The notes: generated by a model not told the origin, from the letters alone. Numbered from the stretch's first letter, positions 11,606 to 42,053 are shown. The stretch: DNA of 64,000 nucleotides from Balanoglossus misakiensis (GCA_040954595.2 CM082581.2:8969878-9033877); one strand, 5' to 3'. Program-made: numbers and translations.

Positions 11606-14128
11606 TGGTTTTCCACCAGTAGGTAAAATTCCCCAAAAGGGATGTTCCACATTTCTCCCAGGAGACATAACATCATTGCCATTTGTACTTTTTTGAAAAT
11701 ACAGTTAAGTTTAATTTTTACTAAATACACTACCATCATAACACTTTTCAATGTATAAATAAAATCTATATTTTTTTTCATAAATAACACCAAACTGGCA
11801 ATGTTTACCAACGCTGTTGACATGGAAACTAAACTGGGAATGCTCTGACTGATAAAACGCAACTACAATATCCATGTATGCTCAACTTTCCAGAGCTCTG
11901 CTGTCTACATCTACAGTATAATGACAACCGTTATTGTCGAGAGATAACAATGCTGACTGTACATATTGCAACAGTTGAAAAAAAGAACAAACTTACTAAT
12001 ATCCTGCTATGGGAGTTTAAAAAATAAGAAACTGGTCGCACGTTTGAAAGGGAGTACTTCTCACCCAACAGTTTTAGTATTTTTGTAATTCAGTTGAGGC
12101 TCTCTTGGCCCTTTGTTAGAAGCTTCCCTCTTATTATTGGCTACAGCAAAGGCTTTAACCCTGCCTCATTTATAGTTGAATACGAGAAATCTAAAGTTCC
12201 TCAACAGATGAGGTTGTAAATTGTGACAGGAAGAAAAATATTGAACGCTGCAGAATATAACAAATGAGCAAAAATACAGGCAGTATTATATCACAATAAT
12301 CATTATATAGTTGCCATAATGCAGAAATCATTGATGACAATGTCAGAAAATGTAAAACATAAATTAAATTTGTCACCAAAACTGTCTGCCTTCAAAATAT
12401 AAATCTTCTAAAATCTACACTTACATTAATGATCTTTCATCGTAAATAATAACTTATAGGTACTGTTACCCTCAAGGAGGAATACTTTTTCAGCCATTAT
12501 GAGGTAACAAATACAAGCATGTTGTCTCAACATTTGATGCTATTCAACAGGTAAATTAGCCATTTTCATGTAGCCCCGAGAAGATGTCCATCACAGGCAT
12601 GTTACAATCTGTCACAGACAAGGCACAAGAACAAAGCATCCCCACCAATAAAATCCCATCAATTATGACCTCAAAAATCATCATGTAGTTTAGAATATTA
12701 GTAATTTAGATACGTTTCCATTTATTCAGGCTTGATTCAGAAGTTCTGTATGGTAAATAGATATGCACAATATCTTTTCGTTTGGCTGACTGGTCCTTGG
12801 TAAGTGAATGCACATCTGATCTAGTCCCTCTGTTTATTGTGATCACACTCTGCAATTTTTTTCTCATTGAAAGCTCGTCTTTGGCATACATGTAGCTGAA
12901 ATCAGAACATCATGTAAGGCAAGTTAACGCCCTCATCAGTTCTGACTAGATATGTAGCAATGGTCAGTCTTAAACCTGTGGAACAACTAAACCATGTTTG
13001 TATTCACTGTCTAACATGATCTCTCCATTAGCTCGTTACATTGAGCTGGTTGAAACTTGCTATATAAGCTAGAAATTCTCCATTGAATATTGAGTGTAAC
13101 CATACAATTATAAAATTTCATAAATAAACCACTCACCACAGGAATGAGACATATTACTGACAATTTGTAACTACTTTTAGTTGTTTTAAAGTTTGCTGTA
13201 GCTCACATACCATGCGTAACATCCTAATGACCACTACTGATCACAAAATACATGTACCATGTTGTACGCCTACATAAAAACAAGTACCCACTACTTTCCG
13301 ACATGTTAAATAATGCTACTGTGTATTCCACCCGTTTTACAAGTGTCATCACTTCGAAACTAACTTTTTTTTGTCTTCATCAACATCATTGCATCAAGGT
13401 AGAGTATAGCTGCAACTTTTGAAAAAGACCAAAGTAACTTACTTTTGCACTTTACACTGGAACTCCACTTTTCAGCATAAAAATGCTTGTTAATATTTCC
13501 TTTCGTTCGTGGCAATGCCAGTGGTTTGATGAACGTTTTACAGTAAGCAGCGCAGTTGGTTTTAAACATGTCTTTCACTGTTTATCGTTCACAATGACAT
13601 TTACATCAAGACTTAAAACATAAGAGCTCTGTCAGCAATCTGAAAACTGAGCGTTTCAATAATGATTAGGGGGCAGAATACAAAAATGATTTTGATTCAT
13701 AGAAGTTACAGCTACTACATGAGGTTATCACTTGATAGGCTGTATTGCCGGGAGAGTGAGATTTATGTAGTTCTATACACCCAGGTCAATCACTCACACT
13801 AATAGGGCAATGCAATTGCACTCAGTCAGTTATCAAAGAATGCACCCCCAAAAATGAGACTATGAAAATTACACATACAAAGTTTAGGCACGCCTTTTTG
13901 TTAAACTGGTTTCACACAAAAATATAAGTGTGCTCTGACCCTCTGGTCATAAAAGATCTCTTGAATTTTGCCACCTTTTTTATCCAAAATGGCTGCCCAA
14001 CTCAAGTTTACAAATTTCAGTTCTTTGGGATAAAGGCTTTTGATGGCAAAATTTCATAAAGAGTTGTTTCTTTTTTCTTAAAATATGAATTTGTTCCCTG
14101 AGGTACACTGACCCCAAACACTTCACCC

Positions 14129-16226
14129 CTATAAAAATATGGGGTGAAACTGACGCATTGAAAGTTTCTTTCTACATGTAGGGCACTTGTGTTGTGTCTG
14201 CACTGCACCACGAATGCATTTATTACAGAATATGTGGCCACATACTGTGGACATCAGTTGTCGGTTGTTGGCTTTGATCTGAAATAGAAACACGAAAAAA
14301 CTAGAGTAAGAACTTAAATCTAAATCAACATGAATGAAATAGTGAGAAGGTAATTCTCAACTATTATTAGCAGAGGATAAACATTAACATGATCACTCCT
14401 ACTTTGTAAATTAACCATCCACAATAACCATGAAGGAGGTAATTTGGCTATGAGATTAAAATCTTCTGTATTTAGACCAGTGTCAGTGGAGTTCTAGGTG
14501 ATGCTCAATCCACGAGATTAATCATTTCCACTCGAAACAGCATTCACAAACTGCAAGACTTTAGGATATCATGTACACTTCTATTAGTGGTTACCATTCT
14601 TAAGACAGAGTGAAAAGGATTACATAGTCTCAGAAAATATGAGCTGATTATACCTGTTTTTCGTCATCCATACAGATAGGGCATGTAATAACTCTCTTTG
14701 GAGATAATGAATCCCCACTGCTGCTACTTGAGGTTCCAGTACTGGATGAAGCAGCATGCCTATCATATCTATGGCACAAAACAACACAGGAGGGAAACTT
14801 CAATGTGATCTTGTGCCAAAGCAAGTGTACACAAAACAACCCACTGGAGCTTCTATGAACTGCTCGTCTTCTGACACCGTCACAAAATGCTTCTACATAA
14901 CCATATATACATGTACACGTACAGCAGGAAATAGTGAAAACATCTCTGTACACTGACACACACTGGTATATATTTATTCACATATGCCACCTACATACAT
15001 CAGTCATGAAAACATCACTAGTAATTACTAACCTTTTGGTATGAGTTCCAATGTTAATTACTGGAAGCACTTGGATTTCGTTTTCATCATTACTATCATC
15101 ATCATCGTCACTACTGCATTCTATGACACTATTGTGTAACTGATTGACCCGTTGAGAAGGCCGCATTGCACGTTGGTGTCTACTTCTTGAATCTGAAATT
15201 AATGCAAAGGAATGAAACAAACAATAAAAACATACAAAACAAATAAATTAAAGATGCTGTCTAAGAGTTTACAATGTTAAGAATTTTTTGATGTACATGT
15301 ATAGTGTATTTACAGACATACAGTACATCCATAGAGTTTCAGTCAACCAGCCTGTGGTATATACCATTATCAAAATTCATCGTCTTTTTGTGGACTTACC
15401 ATTTTCTAGGTAAACTACAGAATTATCAAGACTTGTTAGGTCTACAATTTCTGTTTCTTCAACTTGTGTCAAATCTACTATTGCTGGAGCAGAATCTGCG
15501 AACAAATAACAGACATGTTAGCGCCGAATCAAGGCCAGTCTGGGCTAGCACATCCAGCATCTTGTTGTCAGGTTTCATTACATTAGCATATATATACAGA
15601 AATGGACAAAATCAGGTTACATGAACAGTACAGGCTACAGAAACACTAACATGGCAATTCACTTACACTGGGGAAAGTCATTTTTCTCACTGTATTAGTT
15701 AAGTGGAAAATACAATATTATGCATCACAAAAATGGCTGAAATACAATCCCAGTTGGTATTACAGGAAGGTACAGAAAGAAGGCAACAAGACATACCAGG
15801 ATTTATGTCATCTATGTCTACAGGTTCTTCTGTTGTCTGATTAGTTGCTCGGTTTGCTGATCTCCTAGATGAGTTGCCAGATGATCTGCCACTACTCCTA
15901 CCATTGCTAGGAGAGGATGGTTGTCGATGCCTCTTACCTAAAAGCTGCCAATGATAATGATAACATGTGTGAAGCCTCAGACTGAGAAGGATGAAAGAAA
16001 ATGCTGCATTTACTAATTTTATACACTTTATATGTGAAAATGTTATTCTCGTGGATACCATAGCCTCTACTATCGATGTCACCACAGAATTATTGCCGTG
16101 CCTACAGACCCGGGGTAATGACCTACATCTGTTTTGTTGAGGTCAGAGTAGGGTTAGGAATTTTCTGTGTGAGGGTTGTTTTTTCGTAAAAATGAGGACA
16201 ACTTGGAAATAACTTACCCCACTCAT
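14129..16226 (-). CDS. RNF4: SUMO-targeted RING E3 ubiquitin ligase RNF4-like, ~6 coding exons
   Basis: Exons ~16226-16218, ~15940-15797, ~15497-15400, ~15195-15033, ~14759-14654 and 14278-14129. Tandem SIM-like motifs (VDIDD, IVDLT x2, VIECSSDDD) precede a C-terminal RING: CPICMD...STVCGHIFCNKCIRGAVQTQHKCPTCRKKL...FHPIFL*. The exact first-intron acceptor is uncertain. Confidence 0.88.
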
Positions 16227-16469
16227 CTCAGAGGACAATATTTTTGCAAGGTACATCAAGAAGGCTGAATTGTGTCAACCTGGAAGACACTCATTCGTCA
16301 GACTAGTGAATACGCGCGATTTCACACTGTCAAGAAAAATTGATTTGACAGTCTCGACGGAAAGTCTCACGAGAACAGAGTGTTCAGTCCGTGGAATCGC
16401 GAGAAATAAACAGGAAGGCTGGGAGATACCATTTTTGGTACAGGAGCCATCACATGACTTTTATCCATA
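16227..16469. promoter_or_regulatory. Bidirectional promoter between RNF4 and GALC
   Basis: The divergent start codons are ~245 bp apart. The interval is CpG-enriched and contains a TCGCGA-type (BANP-like) motif aatcgcgaga at ~16395-16404. Confidence 0.6.
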
Positions 16470-22448
<5,979 letters not shown>

Positions 22449-23685
22449 CATGAACCATGAGGGACTGAGTCACAATCAAATCCATTGGCCTGAGCTCAAT
22501 GTTTGTGAGAAATTACTTCATTTGTAAAGGGCTGTTTTCAAATTCAATTTACGGAACTTTACTGAACAATAAAAAATCACCATATTTCTAACTCTTTGCA
22601 TGCGGACAGTTTCATCTTTTCAAGCCAACTCGCATTGAATATGCACAAGAAACAACCATGTCTTATGAAATAGCACTTTTATTTGCATATTATTATAAAT
22701 GTAAACATCAAGATTGGTGGCAACATCGGGGTGATATACATTTTGTATAGTCTCGATTCAATCTGATCTGTTCAAACACAGCAAAACAGTTCTGTTGAAG
22801 CAACAACCAGACAAATTACATCCATCTTTCTTCAACTGATGAAATTTTCTACTTTGTCAAAAACCACAGAAATAAACTGTGACAAATTCAATTGAATTCT
22901 TTTTATAATAATGTAACGAGGCTTGGGATATCACCACACTTTTGTTGAACTCTTACAAGTTTCCCATTTTTCTTCTGCCTGATGGGAAACTTAAGACTTT
23001 GAACAGTCTTCCAAAAATAATGTGACCACCACAGTAAAGTTTCCTAGGAGGAGAGCGAAATTTGCTCCCGTACAACTCTTGTCAATTACCTCTGCTATAT
23101 TCAGTACAGTCAGAGTACAACGATATGCTTTACATTGAACAGCCAGATTATTAACATACACAGTCACTGAATCCACTTAGCATGTGTATAGATGACTACC
23201 ACTTCTGAGAAAGACAGCATTTAGTCCAGACATTACTTCACCGAGTTTATGGTTCTCACTGAATCTTCCATTTTAACGACACACAGAAATAAAAAAAATT
23301 ATCATATACACAACTACTTTGACAGGCTAATATATTAGCACCTTACCGTTTCATGCTTAGGCACTCTAAAATTTGAAAATTCCAACAAAACTAGAGCAAT
23401 TATTCTTTTCCGATTCCATTTCAGTTGATTCTATATATTGCAAGGGGAAGAGAAGCTTTTCAAACACAGCAAGCTTTGTATTTGTTGAGATATTACCACC
23501 CCCTCCCCCCCCTCCAAAAAAAAAAGTTTTCTGGTTCCACACTAGCTTTATTATAATCGTATTGAGGTGGACGATGCAAAATCTCATAATTTTTCATTAA
23601 AAGAAAATCATGATAGATATCAATTTACAGAGCAGCTTAATAAGCTATTTGTGTTTGTGTATGCCTTGCCCATCTTTGATGTAAA

Positions 23686-33425
<9,740 letters not shown>

Positions 33426-33740
33426 AGCTATCGTTGTTTTATCTCGTAAGAGTGTATGGTATATCTTTCGGTTACCTTATAACGCTCATGCAACGGCTAA
33501 AATACACTTGTGTTAGCTTAAACGCGTTAAAATTCAGACCAATGTCGAAATATTTCAAAATCCAACATGGCGTAGGTAAATACTTTTCCCACAATGCCAC
33601 ATTCCCTCAAGTGCGTCGAGGCGAGGGCGCTGTCCGCAGGTCTTCCCGGGGTCGTTGACGAAGGCAGCTGTTTTGCGCCAGAATCTGCATTGTTATTACT
33701 CCGTGAATGAACCTATAAACGCGTAATAACATTCTTGAAA
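33426..33740. promoter_or_regulatory. Bidirectional promoter between FAM193-like and RNASEH2A
   Basis: Divergent ATGs are ~315 bp apart. The interval has a YY1-like aacatggcg (~33564) and a CTCF-like cgagggcgctg (~33622), and is CpG-rich. Confidence 0.55.
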
Positions 33741-35816
33741 ATGGCTATGGATCTGCGTGAATTTGAACGTGACAACAGTGTCAACCACCTGGTGCAATCG
33801 GAAATCCCAGAAATATGTAAAATAGAACCCTGTTGCTTTGGAATCGATGAAGCCGGACGAGGTCCTGTTTTGGGTAGGCAATTGATTTAGCTGCAGTTCA
33901 GTAGCCATTGACCTGGTAATCAGAATCGACCAAAACCGTCAGAATCACACTGACTGTGATCGCTTGACTCAACGTGCAAAGCGGTCACATTTAGTGCGAT
34001 TTTGACGTGAATATAATGTGTTTTATATGAGATAGAGTTTACCTGAGGTGAACCAGCTGTCACTGTGCGAGCGCCATCTACGATGGCTACTCCATCTGGA
34101 AAACTTGTCCCAGGTGCACCGTACCAGTCTAGCTGCTACAGAACTAGTCCAGTCCCGTTCCGTTCCTTTCCCCGACCCTCTCATGTTGCCACAAGCAGTG
34201 CTCTTCAATACTGAATATGGTCTGGTGTGACGTGGGCCATATTTATAGCTGTCATTGGCCAAAGTATTGTGGCATTCTGGTTGGAGAATACATTTCTTGT
34301 GTGACTGAGATTAGATAAAATTAAAGATAGTGAATATAGCCTAGCATCTGAAGGAAATAAAACTTGATTCAATGTGTCTTTATGCAGGTCCAATGGTGTA
34401 TGGTGTTTCTTTCTGTCCTATATCACAAAATGAACAGCTAGCTCAGATGGGTTTCGCTGATTCTAAAACCCTGTCTGAAGAACAGAGAGAAGAGCTATTC
34501 TGCAAACTTGATGAAGCTAAACATTTTATAGGTTACAAGACAGAGATAATATCACCAAATACCATATCAAATGACATGCGAAGAAGGTAAGAGGTTCTAC
34601 TGGGTGCAATGTGAACATAGCTTAGTTGAAGACAGGAAACATTTCAGAAGTTATAAGAAGCAGTGGTTTGCTGTTATTCAAAGTGACTGCAGGGGTTGTC
34701 ATTTACAATCGTGCAACATGATTGAGAATAGATGTTCATGTTTTACTTTAACACAATGATCAAAGTTACATATCAAGTTTACAGAGTATCATTCTTCTGT
34801 CTTGGGTTCAACAGAAGTAAGGTCAGCTTGAATCAGATCTCAAAAGATTCTGCTGTTGGTCTGCTCAAACTTGCACTTGAACATGGCGTCAATGTCAAAG
34901 AGGTGAGTATGAGTTAAGGGAAGGTTTCAGTTAGCAAGAGTTGAGTTTAGCATGATCATGTACAAAGGGGCGATGGAAGACTGAGGGAAGATAGCCTTTG
35001 AGTCTGTAATGTTGTCAGTGTCTGCAAAGAGGAAATGGTGTTTATTAACACACTTTTACTTGGTGTAAATACAGGTGTATGTAGACACTGTAGGCGATGC
35101 TGGGAAATACCAAGCCTATCTCAAAGAACTATTTCCGGATCTGGACGTTACTGTCACACCCAAGGCCGACTCCAAATTTCCTATAGTCAGTGCTGCCAGC
35201 ATTTGTGCCAAGGTGGGTGTGGAATTTCTGTATACTTGCCTCATATTTCTAACACAAGGAGTGAATTAAAGTATTTGATGTCAACAATCTGAAAACGATT
35301 CCCTCGTCAATGTTTTTTTTTTTCAGGTTTGTAGAGACCGAGCTGTTAAATCCTGGAAATTCCTGGAAGGGCTGGATGATTTCCACGAGCTGGCATACGG
35401 ATCAGGCTATCCGAATGATCCTGCCACTAAGCAGTGGTTAGCTGGCGTGATGGACCCAGTGTTTGGATATCCCACATTTGTGAGGTTCAGCTGGTCCACT
35501 GCTGATAAAATATTAGAAGACAAGGCAGTTCCAGTAAGCTGGTGAGTTTCTGATTCTATAAAGATTTGGACCGTAGTACACGTACTGGGATTTTTACCAT
35601 GTAAGTTGCTGTGGCTTTCTCAGCCATTCATAATGTAAGCAGCCCATCCTAATGTCATTTCCTTTCAACCATAGGGAAGATGATGATGAGGTGGACAACC
35701 GGGCCAAAGGCACACCATCCCTGAAGAACTTCTTCAATGCCAAAGGTGCAGACCCATTACTCAAGAAACACCAGTTCTTCAACGAAAGGAGTTTAAAACT
35801 AGTGACAGAGTTTTGA
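33741..35816 (+). CDS. RNASEH2A: Ribonuclease H2 catalytic subunit A, 6 coding exons
   Basis: (MA)MDLREFE...[15 protein letters not shown]|PMVYG..., [61 protein letters not shown]; stop TGA at 35814-35816. The start is 33741 or 33747. Confidence 0.96.
33937..34007 (+). ncRNA. Candidate pre-miRNA-like hairpin in RNASEH2A intron 1
   Basis: cgtcagaatcacactgactgtgatcgctt pairs with aagcggtcacatttagtgcgattttgacg: 29-position stem with 3 G-U pairs and 2 mismatches, ~13-nt loop. Confidence 0.35.
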
Positions 35817-37836
35817 TGTATTTATATTGAAGTTACAGATATCTTATTTTTGGAATAAATTTAATTTGTATTCATAAATTTTCGTATTTTATTTATTTAT
35901 TTGTGATTGCGAGATTTTTGTTATTCAGAGAGATATTTAGTACCACAGTTGATCTGACAAACTTGTGAGAACGTGTACTATACAGTGAAAGCCTGCCAAG
36001 ACCAGTGTGGAACCCTTGAAAGACTTCTTGGCTATACATAGAATCAACGCCAAAGTTTTCAGCATGGAGCAGTGCATAAATGTACAAATGGATCTGAAAT
36101 ACTAAGACATCTTCTGTTGTGTACACAAAGCACACTGAGGAAAGAAATAAAAAAAAAAGTAGAACCAGGGTAAAATAAGAACTTTTAATCCTGTACTGTA
36201 CAAAGAAATCAAGGGTTAAAATGGTATTTTACATCAAATGAACAATCAGCTCTAATTTACATATGTCATTATGGGCGAAATGGCGTATCTAAATCTTCAA
36301 ATGACTCTGACGGTGTACTTTTTAGTGTGGCCACCCAAGTGAGGGATCTGTAATTGTCTATCTCCACCTTCCATGGTAACAACATTATAGCCAATTTTGT
36401 ATAAATGACTACATTTAACAAGGCCTAGATGAAACTACATACATGCTAATACCACTTGATTCATCATATTCCCATTTGAGGTCAACAACTTCCACTTTTA
36501 GACTGTGAAAATAATAAAATAAAAATGCCCTTGAAAGATGACTGAATCTGATATAAACGAAACATTAAAAAATACTAGTAAATGAGCTTCAAATACCAGT
36601 TTGATGTTTACATTAGAACATATTGGTAAAAGTAAATGTATATGTAGAACATAAAACCCACACTGTTTTTACGAGCTTGGTTTTCTTTAAGTATGGGAAA
36701 TACATTTGCCTTGTCTTTTCAAGAATGTTATATACACCTGTTTGTGAAAATAGTATACACCTTCATAGCTGTCTAGACTAGATACCAGGACTTGTTCACT
36801 TTTCAAGGTAATGGCTATCCTACCGTTCCTACGTGAAGAGCACTGGTTTTTCCAGTTCACATTTACTTTGAATTCAGTAATATTTACATTGCAAAGGGCA
36901 GTGATAAATGTAAATTAGAGAAATTTCACTGGCAGACTTGTCATAATTGGCTGTGTTGGACAAGTCAGTCAAGATAGCAGTATGGGGAAAAAGTAGATAG
37001 AAAAAGAAATCAAGAAAGGAAATATAATACTGAAAACTCATTAGATATAATAGACATAAGAAATACAGCATCAATGTTTTTTGTTGTTTTTTTGCATTAT
37101 CAAAAACACTAATAAGTTCGCTCAATGGCAGACGAATGACGTCTTGGGTCTCATTAATAGGAGAACAACAAGCAGAGTTGATACACTCAATGTCCCAGTC
37201 CAGGACTTTCCAGAAGTTATTCAGTGGTTTTCTTAGTATAGTCAATGTATTTCTTTGGTGAGAATGAGGATGCATAGCAGAGTAATTACAACATCCTTAA
37301 TGGAAACAATGCAGCTACTGTTTTTGTTAGAAATGTACTTACTGTACACAAATAACACATCACATAAACTATTGTACATGCTAAAGAAAAGTAGTCCACG
37401 GCTGTATTAGGCTTGTTGAATGAACTTCATGCTGAATGTACTCTCATCTCTCTCACCGATGAGATGTGTATTCCTGTAGAGATTGGGAAAGAATTGAAAA
37501 TGGTGGGTTAAAATTTAGTGTTGTTGAGTCTCGTAACTTTCTTCCTTTGTTGATTCATGACTACAAGATTCGCTGACATGAAAAATCTGCTTTATATGTC
37601 ATGTTTTTGTTTCAAAAAAGTTGAAAAAAGGAGCTGGACACCATGATGCGACAATGTGTTTTGGATAATATTGAATCAATATGACACAACAATGTACAAT
37701 GACTGTAGGTCAGCTATATGTTTAAAAGGGCACGAAGACTTTCACCAAGCAGTGAGACTGAGAGAAGACAGTTGTGAAATAGAAGAAAAAATATTTCAAT
37801 GACGACTTCAGTTACCTTTTTTCTGTGTGTACGTTT

Positions 37837-40800
37837 TTAGAAATGTGTTTCTGTGGTGAACGTTTTTGGCGATTCACTGTCAACATACGGACAGTCAGCA
37901 GAAAAGAGACGTTGACTAAATGGCTTGGTTTTTTGGTGTGATGGTGTTGATGCAATGCAGTCTGCAGGTTTGTTAGTGGTCCTTAAAAGACCAGTTGGTA
38001 TCTACATGTGAGAAAACAAAAATGAAAACCATGCTAACTATAATTAAGAAAATCCATGCCTACAATGAATAATAAACATCAACAGCAGCTAACAAAAAGA
38101 ACATGCAATCAAGAAATGACAAAAACGCCATGCCCAACATTGTTAGAACTATTTGAAAATCAACCCGATGTAAAGTATGAAAATATAGTTTTGCCATACA
38201 TGCGAGTGCCAGCGACCGCTACCAATCAACTTGCTTTGTTTCATTGCTTTGCTATAACATTTACTCTGATTGGTTATTGGAGTGCATGTCACTGTACCTG
38301 ATAGGCTGATGGTGGTGTGGTTGTTACTGGTGTCAGCGCGCTGTGTTTGATGTGATGCACATGTTTCAGTTGTGCTTTATCAGACTTAGGGGATGAAATG
38401 CCACCAAATATCAGATTACTGATAACTGGTTTCTTGGCGGATCTTGACTGGTGATGGTGATAATGCAGATGATGTGTGGAAATGCAAAAATAGTCATGCA
38501 TTTAATAGGAAGGTAATATTTAACATGTTAACTGTGTTGAAGCTACATACTGAGCAATTCATCATGAATTTTGGAGTTGAACAAGAAAATGTAGTTGATA
38601 TACAGAAAACTACCTTAAGCAATAGTTAGAGATAAAGAAACTTTAGCTTAGCAGATAGACATGCATTACATTTGTATGTGCTGGTATATAAGATTTAATT
38701 ATTCAGATGCAAAGAATGACGATGATCAATGTGTGATAGCAAACAATGAAAATTTGAAATTTCAAACAATGATGTAACTTACTTTCTCTGACTTGGGTGG
38801 TGAAATCACTGATGCTTTTGGGTTCTTCTTTGAAGGCGTTCCTAGTACATGTTTCTGTTAGAAGAGAAAAATATTTTACAGCAATGAATATTGTTTGTGA
38901 AATATAATTATACAAGTGGCTCACCTTTTTTGGAGGCAAACAAGCTTTTGTCAAAGTTAGACATGTAGACTATGGATATTGCAAATTTTTGGAATGTTAG
39001 CTACCTTTTCACTTTATGTCAGACATATTTGTTTGGTGTAAACATTTTTATTACCTGTCCGCTTAAAATGTTATGACTTGTGGGATTTTTGAAAATTACG
39101 AGCAGTAGGTGATACTTAGTACACGAAACAAGGATAAGCAAAATGTTACCATTAACAGACAACAACTACATTATTCTTTGGCAAATGAACAGGGTTACCT
39201 TGATAACACCCCCGAATGATTTACTTCTAGAATGCTTCTTGGCTCTCATGAACTGTGCGGCATCTTCCCTAATTTTATTCGGTGTCCCTGGCATGTGACA
39301 ATTCTTTGCAAACTGTTACAGGAAAGAAAAAAACACTTAATGATCCCTTTGCCTTCTGACCCCTAGGGACCAATGGCATCGTTTCACTTCTGAGTCGGGT
39401 TCAAAAATGATCATGTAGGGAGGGGGGTTTGGGTTGTACTGTCAAAGCAACTACATTGTATGCACTTGAGTTTGATCACACCTTTTGTAACATTTACACA
39501 CATGAGATTTCTCTGTTGGAGAGTTTCAAGGGAATGTGTTGGACACAATGGAGAATCTTACATTTTTCATTAACTTTCTCCGTTTAGCACTGGGCTGCAT
39601 TTGTTGGATGTCGCTGTACATTTTGCTGAGAGCTTCTTCTGTGGTATGGCGGCTTCTGACACAAACACTAGCAGGCTGTGGGATACTTATTGTTACGCCG
39701 CCATCCGGAGCGTCAGGCAATGTGCGTTCGGATTCCACTGCCTTCACATTCTCTTTCATCGCTGCGTGATTTTTGATGTAGGCTTCGCATTTACTTAGTA
39801 GGGACTGTGGTACCTGTTGGGATGACAAGATCACTAGTTGTTAAATGAAACATATCCAAGGATATATTTTTAAAATTTTTCAGAATTTTAAGATCTGCTT
39901 TCCTCGGATATTTTGGAAGAGGAACAGAGGTGGCAAGTGACTTTTTTGTCTTGCATCACTGGATAATGTGTTGTAGAAACACTACAGAATCAATGATCTC
40001 ATCACAGCAAAATGACCCACATTAACACTTACCCTGCATATTTTCTGTGCATGCTTAATCATAAATTCAACGCCCGTATTTAATTTATTGACAAAATCTT
40101 GATCTCTCACATCTTCAGTAGTAAACTGTAAGAACCAAAATGATTAATAGCAATTAATAGCAATCGAGAATTTTTTTATTAAATTCCAGGACTTGCTGGG
40201 AGCATACTCTGATAACTCCAATTTAGCTAACCAGTTATATATAGAGAGACAAGAACTCACATATCTTGGCCATAGTACATGTGGCGCAAACATTACTCCT
40301 AGGTTGAAAGCTGTCATCTTATTATTGCTCTGTTCCTTAGCAACCAAGTAAAGCAAGTCTAACAACTCTTGTAACAACTTGTAATTGTTACTTGGTAGCA
40401 TCACACAGAGATAAGTCAGGGCTGCTATGTGATCTTGTTTTCGCTTCTCTCTCCACTTCCGTATGCTTTCTTCATTGGAACATTGTGGATTGTATTTCTC
40501 CAACTGGTAAGTAAGACCTAATAGTGTATTAAAAAGTAAGAGAAACCATATATTCAATAAATCTTTTTTATCCGGACATGGGCAATTTCATGGAGCAATT
40601 ATAGCATGAATTCTGATTTTACTTTTTAATTGCAAATAGATGGTGAAACAATGGGTGGCCATGTCCATTTGAATGTAGACAAAGACACTTACCTGCAGCT
40701 TGTACATGTGCTTGAAACTGCCTGTCTGATAAGAGAGGTTCTGGCAATTCACCTAGGAAGGCTTTCAACACACACGCCACATCGTGAGGTGTGAAAATAT

Positions 40801-41585
40801 CAGTGTCCAGATCTATGACGTCTCCACCAATGATTTTCTCCTTCAGTTTGGTCTGCCTGGCAGAATTACCAGGAACACGGAATATTCCCTCTACATGCAT
40901 GTCTGAAATGTAAGATTTGGACAGGTTAATACGGGTTTGTGACTGGTAATATGAAACAATTTGAAGACAGGGCGTCCACTTGGCAATAGGTCAATACAGC
41001 ACCTCCAAGAATTCTAAAACATTTCAAGTTTGTAATGACCATGATTGTGATCTAGAGTTAAATTATATCCAGGTACAAGTATTCATGGCTACAAGAAATG
41101 ATTTTTTTTGTTTATCAACTTGACAACAGTTGTGAGGAACTTTACTTACGTCTTTTCAGAAACTCTATGAGAAGTTTGGCTTGGCAGTAACCTTCCACTG
41201 TCAAAGGAGCCCCAAAAACACCACCAGTAACTACAGGGGGGGAAAATGGTCAGATTGTTCAAAATATGAAGATTAGATAAATGATGTTTAATTTTCAGAG
41301 GCTCAGCTTTATGAGAAATATAAATGTGAGAGTGACTATGATGACTCCAAAAATGAATCTCTGGCCCTTACCTTTCCTCTTCTGGCCTTTTACCTTTTTC
41401 AGAGAATTCTTGGGATACTTGAGTTCACAGGTTCCTTTGAGCATGTCTCCAACACTTTCTGTTCCACTGAAGTCCAATACATGGGACAATTCATTGCAAC
41501 ACCAATCTATGAAGACATCTGGGTGTTTGTGCTTCATAGCTTCCAGGTAGTAATTAGGGTTGCAATAAATAGCCCTGGATGTCAT
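37837..41585 (-). CDS. ARHGAP19: Rho GTPase-activating protein 19-like, multi-exon
   Basis: The N-terminus RAIYCNPNYYLEAMKHKHPDVF...VLDFSGTE resembles ARHGAP19. GVFGAPLTVEG is followed by a RhoGAP domain EGIFRVPGNSARQ (arginine finger), HDVACVLKAFLGELPEPLL and NKMTAFNLGVMFAPHVLWP. The last coding exon reads IPTGLL...TETHF* with the stop at 37837-37839. The 3' exons are less certain. Confidence 0.85.
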
Positions 41586-42053
41586 GATTGCACTGCAAAG
41601 AAATTGATGAAGCCATTCAAGTCCTACCCAATGCAATTTATGGGTTTGTGTATCTCGCGAAATGTACACATAATAGGTGGTCACTGACAGTCTGAAGAGT
41701 TAGACTATACATTATGTGCCGAAGTCAGTGTGGGTGTTAGCTTTGAACGACTATCCGATCCGGATCATGGTCTAATGTAAATCTTTGACGATACGAAAAC
41801 AGTCACATTGACAGTTTACACAAACAAAGCATAGCTGTTCTTTCCAATGGGAATGTTGCCCCATCATTGATATCGGATCGGATATTTCGGTTGAAATGAG
41901 TGAAAGATACAAACAGAGTGAAATTTCCAAACACTAGTTTAGTTCTACTTAAATAATATGGCATGGCTCACCTTGTTTTTGGTTTCTACAATACTTTTTG
42001 GGGGTTTATATTTGGTAAACAACGTTCTGAAAGCACTGATTTCGAGCGTCGTC

